A stretch of 61,545 nucleotides of DNA, filler included, from Sluysia triapertura (Eukaryota): NCBI GenBank assembly GCA_046118255.1. It is 4 parts of 4 records of this genome, joined end to end, with 100 filler letters (N's around TTAATTAATTAA, not from the genome) between each part and the next. Parts side by side here need not be neighbours in the genome. Positions count along the whole stretch, not along the records: positions 29,347 to 40,923 come from JBJNIA010183202.1; positions 41,024 to 61,545 come from JBJNIA010000001.1; 2 more parts are not named here. One strand, 5' to 3'. The position numbers and the translations under genes were made by a program. Below are positions 36,916-51,329 of the stretch, in pieces; position 1 is the first letter of the stretch, and each line of letters starts with the position of its first letter. The notes under the pieces are model-generated. The model ran no database searches. It was not told the origin of the DNA and saw only the letters and a program-made list of their open reading frames with translations.

Positions 36916-39900
36916 TATAATTATTGATGGCGAGTAAAATTAACCAATTATAAATAATTATTATGGAATGTAATTAAAAAGTTATTTACAATGGTGCAAT
37001 ATCAATGTAAAAAACACAGAAGTTAACACGGAGTTTTCCTAAACAATTCTATTGGGTTTTATGATTATTAATTGGAATTCATTACTGAAAATTGGTTATT
37101 ATTTTAAAATATATTTTATTAACTAGTTGAAACTGAAATGAAATATCAATAACATTATAAGGATTATTTTATGTGACCTTATAAAACAATTAATTTTTGT
37201 ATTTGTTTTGTCCGATTGTAATCTAAGAACACATCTTTAATTCAACGTCTCTCTTTTCATTGATTTAGTAGAGTAAATTGAAACTTGAAGGAGATTTAAT
37301 TCTTATATAACGATTATTTAGAGTGTAATAATTTTAATCGATATTATATCGTAAATTTAAAATTTTTTGCTTCTGCTAAGTCTTTAAACATTTATGCGTT
37401 ATTTCTTTGTCTTTACTTTATTAAACTTTCGTCAAGTTAAAATGTCTGAATACATTATGAATTTTGTACGTACATGAAAAACTCCAAGAATTTAAATCTC
37501 TATAGATTCTTATAATATTCTGAACTTGTCTTATTAATGTTATTACTTTATATTAAACTAAACTAGAGGTATGAATTAATATACTCGTCCTTGATGTTCA
37601 GGATAGAAGTGCTTAACAAAATTATAATTCTCCAAGTTCAAATGTGTGTTTGAAAAATTTTAGTTGAACTTCTAAAATTAAATTTACCTAACTCAATTTG
37701 TGAAGTTCCTATTTAAACTAAAAATAATCTATATATACTTCTCAGTTTAATAATTATCAACCCCTATCTCTCTTTATACCTCTACTTCCTACCCCCTTTT
37801 TTACTCAACAAAAAGAAAATAAATTAAATTCAAAATTATATATTCAAAAATAATTTATGTAAATTACAAATTTATGTAGTATAAAAGAAAATATTTTATC
37901 AACACGTAAGTTTGCCAAAAAGTTAACAAATATAACCTCTATTTAGGATATCGTAGTGAATCATAATAGCTCGCTTAAAGAAAAATTGGCGTCTTCTTGT
38001 ATTCTTCTTCGAAATAAAATTGTAATCAAAATATTGTAGTCTTTTTAAAGTTGTAATGAAAATTCGCAGTTATTTCAATCCAAAAACTGTGTTGTCTCAA
38101 AAATTATAATCGCCTTTTATAGTAATTGATTAAATTCCAATAATAAATATTCCATATAATTAATTAGTATATAAAATAATTCTAATATTACAGTAATTTC
38201 AGTAATAGATAAATATTCAGTTAATATTTTATATAAAATAATTCCAATAAATATTCAGTTATTATACACAATAATGAATATTCATCCATTTAAAGCACAT
38301 GAATCACTATTATATTATTATTATTAACTCTTTGGCTAATTTTATATATGAATCTTTACTTTAAGTTAATTTTGATCGAGTTTTGTGCTCTTAAATTTTG
38401 ATTTCATATTGTTATTATTAATTCTCATTTTAGGATAATTTTTTGACTATAGTAGTAAGATTTAATATTTATAAATTCTGATTTCATATTAACTTTATAG
38501 AATCTAACTTTAAAATAATTATTTCTACATTTTTACTTTGAATTTAATTGTTATTTGTTATTAACAACCTGTTAAATGACGTCGAATTCTATAATATCCC
38601 GTTAAATGGGTGTTTCAAATTTAACAGTTAGAGTTTATATCTATTTTAACTGAACATTCTTGTACTTAATTGGAATGAGTTTTCTTCATAAATATGGTAA
38701 ATATTTCTCCTAAAGTTAGTAATTTTAATGTGGTGGCCAGCACCATTACACAATTTTAACACGCCAAATTTTACATCTATACAACATCAAAACTCATAAT
38801 CCAGGACTATTATTGCAAAGTTAACAATATCTAACAGATCAATTAACAAGATCTATAAACAGTGTAGAATACTGTTCGATATTTGAGTTTGGTAAAGTAG
38901 ATTCGATTTTAACATTAAAAGTGAAATATGATTTAATTTGCAAATAAAATTATTGTTTACTTCTTTATAAAATTACAAAACATTAAACACTTATGTTCAA
39001 TTGAAATTTGACTAATCAAATTTAGATAGATTAAACCGTAGTTGTTCAAAACTAAAAGATAAATAAATTCTAATTTATTTGTACCTAATTTTATAAAACT
39101 TTTACACAGTAAAAACATGTTGGTGTAACTTGATTTGTATAATCTAAAAATGTGTCAATAAATAAAATAAAGATATATGAATTAAGATTAAGTAAACATA
39201 GTTCGTCATTACTGACTCGTAAGGTGATCACCTTAGCATAAATATCTATAAGTTTAAATTGATCAAATAATATCATAGTTTAAACAATAGGTAGATTAGT
39301 TGTAAAATATAATTTATCCTCTTTGTACAGAAAACCACTTATAATACTCTTGTCCGGAAAATCGGAGTAGAGTTCGCTTATTGGAGTATCGTGATCAATT
39401 AACATTTTAAGATAAACATACAGCATTTCGTCAGACTGAGATTTAATATTATTCTTTGATTTAAATGTATAAACAGTTGATACATTATCAAGCTGAAAAA
39501 ACAACGTATTATCTGCCAGAATACGTTAGACATCGAATTGACATTAGCTTCATTGTATATCGATCGATTTGTAAGATCTTTACCTAAAACTTTAAAGCTT
39601 CTTTCATATTATTGATTCGATACTTTTGATCAATATCCGTGATTTTGACGTATTCATAAAAATTTCTGTGATCGTGGTTCAACAAATTATTTAAATAATT
39701 AATCTGTCGTCTTTTGTTAGCATGAAACATGAAATAGAAAATTTTAGTAAACTATTAGTAAGCAAATATTACGTTTGTACTATACATTAACTTCCCAATT
39801 TGTTGTGCCAGTTACTAATTTTGATTTTAATATTGTGGTAGACTACTAATTTTAGAAATAATGATATATACTAAATTGTATAGGCAACATCCTGCGTTGT

Positions 39901-39954
39901 CGTTTATTATTTTTATTTTTGATGAAATTTAATAATAATAATTATTATTATTAT

Positions 39955-40058
39955 TATTATAAATAATTATTTAAATTATTATTATAAATAATTATTTAAA
40001 TCATTATAAATAATTATTTAAATCATTATTATAAATAATTATTTAAATTATTATTATT
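39955..40058. repeat. AT-only minisatellite, about 4 copies of ATAAATAATTATTTAAAT(T/C)ATT(ATT)
   Basis: Direct reading. Confidence 0.85.
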
Positions 40059-40399
40059 CATTATTATCATTATCATTATAATTATAACGCATAATAATGA
40101 AGAGCAGTAATGTTTTAATTGAAGAACGAACATCACATAAACTTGTTTATTGTGGTGATATTTCTAAAATTGTGCACAAACATTTTATTCTGAATTATTT
40201 ACTATTCAAGCAGTATCATTCTTTGACCAAATAGCTTAAATTATATTTGAACAGTAGTTAAAATTTGCATTTTGTTATTTTATTCCACTTAACTTTATTT
40301 ATTCACTTTCACCAGTTGTAATAATTCATTTATTTTATTTAAAAGAAGATAATCCAATAATAATTTTCATACCATCTATCAAATAATGACCAGAAATTA

Positions 40400-40800
40400 A
40401 ATTTAACTTGTGCTTTTAAACATTTACAATGTTTTGGATTATTCTGTTTAGACATGTTTTCGATTATCTCGTTAAAGCCAAAACCTAGATTTTCAGTATT
40501 TTCGCTGTCTCTGTCAATCAATTCCATTGATGGTGGAATTTCTATATAGCAATTTCTATATAATTCATCTGTTTCAAATTGGTTTAAAAGTTGTTTTAAC
40601 AAATCCGATGATAAAGAATCACGATTGTTTTCAATCCATTCTGGATAAACCAGTTCTTTACAAAGATATTGCGTCATTAATATTTAAAAAAATGAGTTAA
40701 TGTCAGAGAAATTAAATTCTTCACGCTGTGTCAGTTTGGTTCAGCTAAGTTTGCTAAACCGTCTTTGTTTTCTAAAGATTGTCTTCTGTTAATTTGTGGT
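40400..40800 (-). pseudogene. PEX19: Decayed PEX19 (peroxisomal membrane protein receptor) C-terminal domain
   Basis: MTQYLCKELV-YPEWIENNRDSLSSD-LLKQLLNQFETD-EL..EIPPSM follows recalled PEX19 MQNLLSKDVLYP...YPEWLQSHRESL...ICEQFEAE...EL..EMPPG, with several internal blocks missing. Confidence 0.65.
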
Positions 40801-40923
40801 AGGGAGAAAAGAGAAATACGAGAGAAAGTGTTAATTTAAAGAATAATTTAACCTTTATCGTACGGAATTTGTTTCTTTTTGCAAACGCTGCCGGCCGGAA
40901 TTAATTTTGATGATCGTGCATAA

Positions 40924-41023
40924 NNNNNNNNNNNNNNNNNNNNNNNNNNNNNNNNNNNNNNNNNNNNTTAATTAATTAANNNNNNNNNNNNNNNNNNNNN
41001 NNNNNNNNNNNNNNNNNNNNNNN
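40924..41023. other. Artificial contig spacer
   Basis: 44N-TTAATTAATTAA-44N. Confidence 0.97.
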
Positions 41024-41124
41024 GTGGCGCCAGCTTTTTAATGGCTTTTCTCACATATATTTCATATAATCTCTCAAATAAATTTATGTTCGCAAAAATG
41101 TGCTCACCGGCGGTTAAAGGGTTA
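41024..41124. mobile_element. piggyBac-type terminus
   Basis: Ends CACCGGCGGTTAAAGGG|TTAA. Confidence 0.5.
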
Positions 41125-41602
41125 AAATTGTGAAGTTTAACAAATTAAGTTTTAAATGTTCAAAGAATTATGCATGCATGTTTATATTGTGGGTCACATA
41201 TTACTCTTTCTGGTCCACTGCTTAGGACATATTTCATTTACATACTTATAAGGATTGTTTTTAAATTTATTTTAAATTCTAAGTTCTAAAAATTAACCTG
41301 AAGACTGCAAATGGTTAAAATATCGATTTTTAATTATTTCTGTACTTTCAGATGTAAATATCAAAAGAACTTAATTTTAACTATTTTTAATCATAGCTTT
41401 GCTTTATGTTTTAAAAATTATTTTTAAACAATTTTGTTTTTTTTATCATGAATAATGTAGATTTAAAATTATCATTCCACAGAATCAATTTGAAAATACA
41501 GAGGGAACACCGAGAAATTTTTCTCGCAAGAGAAAAGTGTAAGAAGATCTAATATAAGAATCAAAAACATTGACAATTCATTAATTATATTCGCTATTTC
41601 AG

Positions 41603-43796
41603 GGTTTGAAAGCAAGAGGTAATGTCGAAGACTGGTTAGGTAAAGTAGAAGAAGCAATGTTTATGAATATACGTCGATTGATTCGTCAAGCAGCTTATGA
41701 ATATGAAACAACGAATCACGAAGAATGGTTAAAAGCAAATGCCAATCAAGTTGTACTAACAGTTGAACAGATAGTTTGGTGTCAAAACATTACAAAGATA
41801 CTTGAAGATCCAAATGTTGGTAAACGATTAGGAGAAATGGAATTGTTTGAAAAGAAAAACTTTCAGGTGAATTTATTTATTTTCATGTAATATTCTAAAT
41901 AAAGGATCTTAATGAATTGGCAACTTTAGTTAGAGGACAATTGCCAAAATTATTTCGTGCTACATTGTGTGCACTAATAACGATCAATGTACACGCACGT
42001 GACATGGTAACAGGAATGGTTTATAAGAAAGTGTCAGATATTAATGATTTCGAGTGGCAGAAGCAGTTGCGTTATTATTGGAATGAAAGGTACGAAAATT
42101 ATGTTGTCAATATGTCAAATTCGTCGTATACTTATGGTTACGAATATCTTGGTTGTTCACCAAGACTTGTCATTACACCATTAACTGATCGTTGCTATTT
42201 ATGTTTAATGGGTGCACTTCAGTTAGACTTAGGTGGTGCTCCAGCAGGTCCAGCAGGTACTGGTAAAACAGAAACTACAAAAGATTTAGCAAAATCTCTT
42301 GCTAAACAGTGTGTTGTGTTTAATTGTTCTGATGGTTTAGATTACAAAATGATGGGTAGATTTTTCTCTGGGTTGGCTCAATCAGGTGCTTGGTGCTGCT
42401 TCGATGAATTTAATCGTATTGATATCGAAGTATTGTCAGTTATTGCTCAACAACTCATCACAATTAGAAATGCCAAAGCTTCAAAAGTAATTCAATATTT
42501 ATTAATGAAATATTTAATCTGCGATTATTTTATTTAAATCAAGTCTAAATCCAAAATATTATCAATTTTTTAAAATAATTTTCTTTGATACTCTTTTAGT
42601 ATTTTGATCTTATTGGTCAATCTTCCTATAGTTAAAGTTTTTCACATTTAACTCTGTGTATAATAATAATTTTCTTATTTATACACGAATTCAATAATAA
42701 ATTATTCTAGTGAATGATGCATTTTAAATTCTGTAAAATAAAATGAATTTTATTGGTTTATGTTCTATACTTAGCGTGTATTTCTACATATTTTTTAAAA
42801 GTTTATCATTAGTTCCGCCTAAACTCAAAATAAATTTCACCAGCCATGGATAACTTGACTTGACCTTGAAAGTGGAGTATGATTGAATTTTGATTTGGAA
42901 GTGAAGAAACAATTTTAAGAAAAATAATACATACAACAGATGATAATTTTTATTGAATCTTTACATTCTGTAAATATTGATAAGTAGCATAAAATAACAT
43001 AGTTATAATAAACTGTTTATCATTATAGATTACACGGTTCATGTTCGAGGGTCGTGAAATAAAATTAGTGCCTACCTGTGCTGCTTTTATTACCATGAAT
43101 CCTGGTTATGCTGGCCGTACAGAATTGCCTGATAATTTGAAAGCTTTATTCAGACCTATATCTATGATGGTTCCTGATTATAGTAAGTTTCATAAGATTT
43201 CAAAAAATATCAAATAAAGTACAATAATTGCATGAATAATAATACACAGCTGCATTATCAATTTTGTCATGGTAGATAATTTCTAAAAAAAATGATTGCT
43301 ATTACAATAATTGTAGCAACGTAATAAATCGCATTGTGTTGGTAAATTTATAAATACAAATAATGAATGCATTTGGAATAACCACTTACACAGACACATA
43401 CAAACACCAATGAAGTAATACATTAACATCATGAGTTACTTATGACTCACCTGGTTCATATATTGAGAAGTAAATTAAGTAATTTTTAAAATATCAAAAT
43501 TTTAATGTTTATTGAAAATTTTAGAACTAATTGCCGAAGTGATTCTTTATTCGGAAGGCTTTGAATCATCAAAGAATTTGGCTCAAAAAATGACTCAAAT
43601 GTACAAATTATGTAGTGAACAATTGTCACAACAAGATCATTATGATTTTGGTATGCGAGCATTGAAATCAGTATTAGTTATGGCCGGTCAATTGAAACGG
43701 GAAAATCCTGATAAGCCCGAAGATGTGGTACTTATTAGAGCTTTAAGAGATAGTAATCTTCCTAAATTTCTCAAACAGGATGCAGGCTTGTTTACG
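41603..43796 (+). CDS. DNAH6: Axonemal dynein heavy chain 6-like, linker and AAA1 exons (41603-41866, 41905-42486, 43029-43182, 43525-43796)
   Basis: P-loop [45 protein letters not shown]6-type [18 protein letters not shown] and [13 protein letters not shown]. All GT-AG phases are consistent, including a 38-nt intron. Confidence 0.93.
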
Positions 43797-44040
43797 GTAA
43801 TTTGTAATTTGTTTTTAGTTTTGTAAAGATAATTTATCAAAAATTTTAGAAATATTGCTACAATAAAACAATGTTGAACAATATTTTAGGAAACATTATT
43901 GAAACAGAGCCTAGGTGACATTTCTATGGCATGTAAAAGTGAAAAATTCACTTTCTTGGAGAAAATTATTTGAATAGAATGTATTTTCTATAATGTTTTA
44001 TTTCTATTATAGTTTTTAAATGGAATACTAGTATGGTATT

Positions 44041-44080
44041 CAGTGGCGGACTAAGGCTAAAGCGGACCCTAGGCAACATT
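44041..44080 (+). mobile_element. hAT-type MITE terminus; similar end near 55263
   Basis: CAGTGGCGGACTAAGGC...GACCCTAGGC. Confidence 0.4.
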
Positions 44081-44896
44081 GTAATTCAGTCATGACATTT
44101 TAAACACGTGCATAGTAAAGGCTCGATCGCATTTACAGACATCAACACTCGCAGGCGTGGATGCATAAGCACGAGAACGCTCGTCCACACTTGTCGACTT
44201 CATCAATCAACGATTCGGCATAATTTGGATACGTTTCAGCAATAATTATGAATATCACATTTTTCTGTTAAATANNNNNNNNNNNNNNNNNNNNNNNNNN
44301 NNNNNNNNNNNNNNNNNNNNNNNNNNNNNNNNNNNNNNNNNNNNNNNNNNNNNNNNNNNNNNNNNNNNNNNNNNAAAGCTTTATAAACTAATATATACAT
44401 TATATTTAACTGAATTAACTTTGGGTTATGCTTACTAACAAAACTAAAATAAGAATTAAAATCCAATATATTTATTAAGCACACTAAATTAACTTTATTA
44501 AATCTAAAACACGTAGGGAAATCATTTCCTAAATATCGAAAAATGTTAAGATAATAAAATAAACCATCAATACTTTGCTAATCACATGATCTTTGTACAA
44601 GTTCTCCTAATCTGACTATTGAGAAATTGTTTATCAATTTGGAGATATGTATGTTAAATATGAATCTTTTATGTCAGTAAAATTAAAATTTTGATTAAGT
44701 TTAAGAATAATTATGTAAAATTTCTTTTTATCATTAATGTAAATAAAAATTTTAATATTTCGATTAATTTATTATTAAACAAAATTTGTTCTTGAAAGAA
44801 AAACATAAATTTATTATAGGAGTTATAAAATTGAACATATTTATTAATTATTGTTAAATTTTCGGTTGGGTTGACCATTGAGTTTGTTTTCGGACA

Positions 44897-45969
44897 TCAT
44901 CCAACTAATCCCAAATAGAGACTTCTATAAGAAGAATAACAAGGGTCAAATATTAATTTAAAATAGAAATTTAAAATTACTTCGTTAATTCCTAGAGATA
45001 CAATAATTCTGTTTATTCTTTCCATATGCTGATTAAAGACGTCCATCATGGTCCATTTCTTTGAAAGTGTGATAGTATTTAACACACATTCCAAATTCAT
45101 TGGTCAGATAAGTGCATTGTCCCAAACGTTTGTGAAAAACTAATGTTTTATTTGAATTGATAATTGTGGGACCAATAGTATCTTTATTCATTTGTTTGCT
45201 TTTATACGTCATGACTTGATGCCGGCAGGAGTTAAGTTTTCTTTTGAACATTAGAAATTCTTTTTCGACTTTTCCAAACATTTGAGGTGACTGGTAAATG
45301 ACCTCTTCATTTGTCATCATGTAAACCAGAGTAGTGTGAGCAACGGTCTTACAATAATGTTTTATGCGTTGGAATTTACATCTATATGATTACGCTTATT
45401 TAATGAAGTAAATAACTGCTTGACATATGAAAAATTATTAATTGTAATTGGGAGATTTCTGTATAACACTGTAAGCATTAATTTTAGTAATCTAGGACGA
45501 ATACTATTATCATTCTGATCTAAATATTTTACATCATTGAGACATCATTGTGGAACATGCCAATCTATCATTAAATTAATTAAATTCACTTTATCGCAGA
45601 CTAAATATATAAATTTTGTCTGGTAGTCGATCGACGAAGTTACAGAATATCTTGTACGGTAGTTTCTTCATCATACATATTATTTGTGATAATTCTGTTA
45701 AAATCAGATGCATAAATATTGTAGTGAAATTTTGGAGTTTCTGGTTTACCACTATGAGAACGCATTTTATTATCATATGATGTTGATGAAATTGATTTCG
45801 AGAATTTAACAATGCATTGTCGCTGAAAAGGTACACTTATCGATTCATGTACCATTCGATTATTATCATCAACTTTTAATTGAAGTAATGTTGGTGGAAA
45901 TAGAATTAATATAAAATCTTTAATACCTTGATTACGTGTATCTATCAAAAAAATATATAGAATAGGCAT
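44897..45969 (-). pseudogene. Broken orphan coding-like region
   Basis: A chain of same-strand ORFs (109, 95 and 67 aa) in shifting frames; no family recognised. Confidence 0.3.
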
Positions 45970-46522
45970 TGGTTTTGATCGATATGCTGATTCGATTTAG
46001 AGACACTAACTTTCACAAACATTTGAACAAGATCTAAAGCTATGTTTGAAAATGAATTATTACTGTAGAAGTCTATAAAATATATTAATTTAACATTACT
46101 CACTGACGATGACTTTAGTTGATTATTGATAAAACATTTTAATTTAACTGACTTTTTAAGTAAATCGGAATTTTTTGGGTATTTCTAACAAACTTGAACT
46201 AATCATAATTTATAAATCATTTTGACTTGATCTCTGGTTTAAAATTGTGCACTCTAATTTTGTATTATTTTTATTGTGAGTCAAATACGAATCTCATTAT
46301 CTTTTTATTCGTGTTCTATTTTTAGCATCAATTCTTCCAAGCAATCAGTGGAAAAGAAAAACTGCTCATGATTTGGCGTCCAATCAAATAAGAAAAAAAT
46401 AACGTGCAGAAAAAGATTTATTGGACGACCAATCAAGCTGAAACATTAGTGTATAATCATGATACAAGCGTAAAAGCATAATGTCTGACATAGAAACTAT
46501 GCAAGCAATAAAATAGATTTGA

Positions 46523-47172
46523 TGTAACTGTTAGTATATGACAGTTGTAAATAGTTTTACTTAATTAAAATATTGTTACTAGAGCTAATAATAATTATAA
46601 TAAAATGGTGATACGATAATAATTATGACAAAATAAATAAATAGATTAAAATAATAATAACAATAATAAAATTATAAAATTACAAAATGATAAAATACAT
46701 AAACTTTATTGTTTTATCAAATAATCTTGTTTTTTGTTTAGTTCTTTCTTAACATATAAATAAATGAGTTTAACTTAAGAAGAGTTTTATTGACCTAAAC
46801 TATTAAAAATGATTGAGAAGTGTGATATTAATGTTTTTCCAATGTGTTGATGACTAAGTGTGAAGTATTGAAAACTTGAAATGTTTTGGTAAAATTTTAA
46901 CATTTTTAATGATAATTTAAAATGTAAATTGTGATTAGAATATTGTAGAATTCTGAGTTAATGTTTTAAATAAAATTTGAAACGTACATTAATGGTTTGA
47001 ATCTAAGAATAATTTTGACGTTATAAATTTGTGAATTTAAAGTGTTTTGAAATGAAAATGGTTTTAATGGATCTACAAAAATAGGATGTAAAATATAAAA
47101 TATTGGTATTTGAGATATTATGAATGAAGTGATTATTTTGAATTTTTTAAGTTAAATAGGTTGGCCACCACA
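46523..47172 (+). mobile_element. Solo-LTR-like repeat (family B), ~650 bp
   Basis: TGTAACTGTTAGTATATGACAG ... GGTTGGCCACCACA; TG...CA ends shared with 4781-5221 and 29468. Confidence 0.6.
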
Positions 47173-50100
47173 TTACGATACAAATAACTGTGGTGTCCAA
47201 CGCTTATCAAGTTTTACTTTTCTTTCTCATCGCATATATACACTTAAATACTCAAATCCAGCTTATTGTTGTGTCTTTTAATACTTTTATTTTCCCAAAT
47301 TATTAAAATAAAAATCAATAACTAAATAAATTCAAAATATCGAGATTGCCTATGTGATTTTTACACATCGGAATCGTCTTTAACAATCTCAACTTTTGGA
47401 AGTGTCTTTTTACTTAGTCTAATAGCTGTAATTTTAAAATACTGAAACAAACGTAACGTCGCAAAACCAATAGAAAAATAAGGAAAGTTCAAATTATGAG
47501 TTTGTTTCAGAAAGCTTTATTATTGATGTTATTGCATCGGAAGACGGTTTTACGACTTTTAAAGTACATGGAGTTTTTATCGAATGTCCGGCAAATAAAT
47601 CTGGTGCTTATGAACCTCGGGAGTTTTGCCGATGGTTTATCGTTAAACACGATATTACAAGATAATATAGACATTATGCCAAATGATTATCAATTATCTT
47701 CACGGTACTCACGAAAAATATACATTATAGACATTAAAAGCGAAGATAATGTGAATAAGGATGACAGATTAGAACTAGACGTCTGTAATTTGGATTTACA
47801 AACTGATCAGGATGAAGACGATGGTGACTGCATTGTATTAGAACACCAAATTTCATATTATATAGGATCCACGTACGAACTCTAGCTAAGCTCCAGTACT
47901 GAACAAGACAAAGATTGTCATCCTTACATTTAAAAAAACTCCGGAAATTTTAAAAATGAACTATATAAACGATTTAAATTTAATATAAATTTTATTCACA
48001 TGATGAATCAGCACATTGTGCGTGTGACTGATCACCAAAGAATTTTACTAATTGCATTTTAGAAATCTTCGCTCCAAGCCCTACATGGGTACAAAATTTA
48101 AAATACAAAATCTCTCAAAGCGCGAAGTTTTGACCACGTCGTCGGAACGGTATAGATCAGAGCCTGGAATTCGGCTAGAACTGGTCAACACAAGATTCAA
48201 CAACATCTACTATAATTAAAATGAACTTTCTTATAAATGTCAATCTAAGTATTATAAATTTTAATGAATATATGTTTAATTAATGATTTTTAATTTTTGT
48301 TCTGCTTTAAGCACAAGTTTTTCAATCAATACAAATATTTTTGTTTAACCCGGCCAAAAAACCCTTTACTGAATTGAAGATATATACTAATATAATGCTA
48401 AGAATATTGGTGTTGCTTTATTTCCAGATTCAATATCAACGTTAATGTCTGCTGATGCTAAGAATTGTACAGTAATGACATGATCTTCTCTGCTAGCATA
48501 AACCTTTAAACGAAGTAATTGATCAAAACTGGATTGATGTCAGTCTAACAACTACTTTATAAAATCTTTAAGCGCTAAATTAAAGACTTTTATGATATCA
48601 TTAGTCCGGTACATATAATCAACATGAATAAAAGTAATGTAATTGTTCAAAATTATAAAATCATAAATATTTGTATTTATTTAAATAATTATAAATAATA
48701 TTTCCTTTTTTATTAACTTTTGACTATTAAATTGAAATTTTGCATTTTACTAAAATAGGTGGCGTTAGTAAAAATATTTTATCTAAAATTATGGTGCACT
48801 GTTAATTTTGATTAATTGATTGTGGTATTACTAATTTGTTACTTACTGATTGGCTTTTTGTTGTGTTACAAAAAATTATTTTTTGTCTATTGTGGTACTA
48901 CTAATTTTAATAGTAGTTATATATATTTAATTGGATAGACAACATTCTACGTTTCCGTTCTTTACTTTCGGATTTTATTATANNNNNNNNNNNNNNNNNN
49001 NNNNNNNNNNNNNNNNNNNNNNNNNNNNNNNNNNNNNNNNNNNNNNNNNNNNNNNNNNNNNNNNNNNNNNNNNNNNNNNNNNNNNNNNNNNNNNNNNNNN
49101 NNNNNNNNNNNNNNNNNNNNNNNNNNNNNNNNNNNNNNNNNNNNNNNNNNNNNNNNNNNNNNNNNNNNNNNNNNNNNNNNNNNNNNNNNNNNNNNNNNNN
49201 NNNNNNNNNNNNNNNNNNNNNNNNNNNNNNNNNTTTTCTTTAAAGAATATAGTTATACGGAAATAGTGACATTCTTACGTTAGAACCTTCACCGCTTTAA
49301 AATCCTACGCATTCGTCCATTTTAGGTAAATCGATTGACGTAGGCGAACCCAGCTTATAAACATAAAATTAGTATTTTATAATTGTTCAGGTAGTAGTAA
49401 AACCGAACATTATTAATTTATTTCATTAGAAAACAAGTGATAATTCTGTTTCAGTTATTTTCCCTCTAAATAATCACATCTGATCATATTTTTTATTATT
49501 GATCAAGCCATAGAGCTGTCTAACTTCCATGTTCTTGCATTTGCTGAAAATTTTCTCTTTATAACGTCTCAATATTTCTTAGTTTGCGATTTTAGCAAGT
49601 CTATTTTGTAGGAAACCAGTTTTAACTACATTACATATTTTGTTATACAAGCTCTCTGATTCGGTCCAAATATTTGAGAGGGTTTTTTTGAAGAGATTAG
49701 TAAATTTTGTACAACATACAAATTTAGAATTGAAATTGGATAAATGCTGGCAACATTTGTTCCATTTTATCATATATACCATCACTATTGTTTTATATAT
49801 GTTTTAACATTGTTTTTTCAATATATGTATTATATTGATTATATTTTAGCAATGTTTTTATGTTTGTATTTTCAAGAAAATGTCTTCAGTTTTTTGTCTT
49901 TGAATTAACATTGTTTACTAAAATAAAATATCAAAAAAATAGACATATATGTGAAATATTTATTTATACAAACATACAATTACCTGGAGCATTTAAATTA
50001 ATTATTAAAATAACTATAATTCACGTATATAAAATCAATAATTTTAACTCATTATTTACTCATTTTTATATTTAATAAAATTCACCCTAACAGTGTCAAT

Positions 50101-50959
50101 CATTATTTTTTATTATTCAATCAGGAAGGTTTGATCGAGTTGTAATCGTGCTTAGTATATAAACTATTTCAATGCTTCCCGTAAGTTTAAAGNNNNNNNN
50201 NNNNNNNNNNNNNNNNNNNNNNNNNNNNNNNNNNNNNNNNNNNNNNNNNNNNNNNNNNNNNNNNNNNNNNNNNNNNNNNNNNNNNNNNNNNNNNNNNNNN
50301 NNNNNNNNNNNNNNNNNNNNNNNNNNNNNNNNNNNNNNNNNNNNNNNNNNNNNNNNNNNNNNNNNNNNNNNNNNNNNNNNNNNNNNNNNNNNNNNNNNNN
50401 NNNNNNNNNNNNAATATGTAATAAACTTAGTTTAAACTATGTATTTTCCAGCAATAGATACACTAGGCCTCTTTCAAAAACAAAAGATGTATGTATCTTC
50501 CAATTTTTCGTATTAAAGCTTAGTTTTAAGAATAAATGGTGAAAATTAAATAAATAGTATTATTCAAATTTTCATTTTCATTTTTTAATAAAATATGTTG
50601 TAGTATTAAATAAGCTAAAATGATTAATAAATAAAAATCGAACTGAACAGCGAGAAGTATTGTACAAATAGGAATGATTTTTAAAACCGAATCATCCAAT
50701 TAAAAGTCAAATTTATATATAAGTATAGGACACCCTTATTTTTGCTGTAAAACAAACACAATTTATATTACAATAAATTAATTACACAATGTAATAAATA
50801 AACATGAATAAATTACTATTTATTTACAATTTCCATTTTAAATATATTTTTAACTACTAAATTGCATTTGGCCACATAAATTCTGTTTTAAAACTATAGG
50901 ACACATACAAACTATATAACGGTTTTTTTTACAAAATTAGTATTTTGTCATCGAATTAA

Positions 50960-51172
50960 TTAATGTATTTCAATCTTTTCCCGAGTATCCAATATTGCAT
51001 TTTTTAACTCAGAGATATAGTTATACTGTTTTCCTTGACTGTGCTTCTTAAAGGATAATTGAGACCATAAATTTTCTATTTGATTGAGGCCAGGGAATCT
51101 TGCTGGCCACTCTAAAGATCTATTTGATAAAGATCTAGTTTGATAATTATTTGACACACAAGAGAAAATCAA
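50960..51172 (-). mobile_element. Tc1-family transposase C-terminal fragment
   Basis: LEWPARFPGLNQIENLWSQL corresponds to WPARSPDLNPIENLW. Confidence 0.85.
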
Positions 51173-51329
51173 GAGACTAAATAAAATTTTAACATTAACG
51201 TTGGAACGTTTTAACTTGGTATTACGATNNNNNNNNNNNNNNNNNNNNNNNNNNNNNNNNNNNNNNNNNNNNNNNNNNNNNNNNNNNNNNNNNNNNNNNN
51301 NNNNNNNNNNNNNNNNNNNNNNNNNNNNA

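Noticed and set aside
39955-40058. CRISPR-like array
   Set aside because: AT-only tandem units without unique spacers, in a eukaryotic context with no cas genes.
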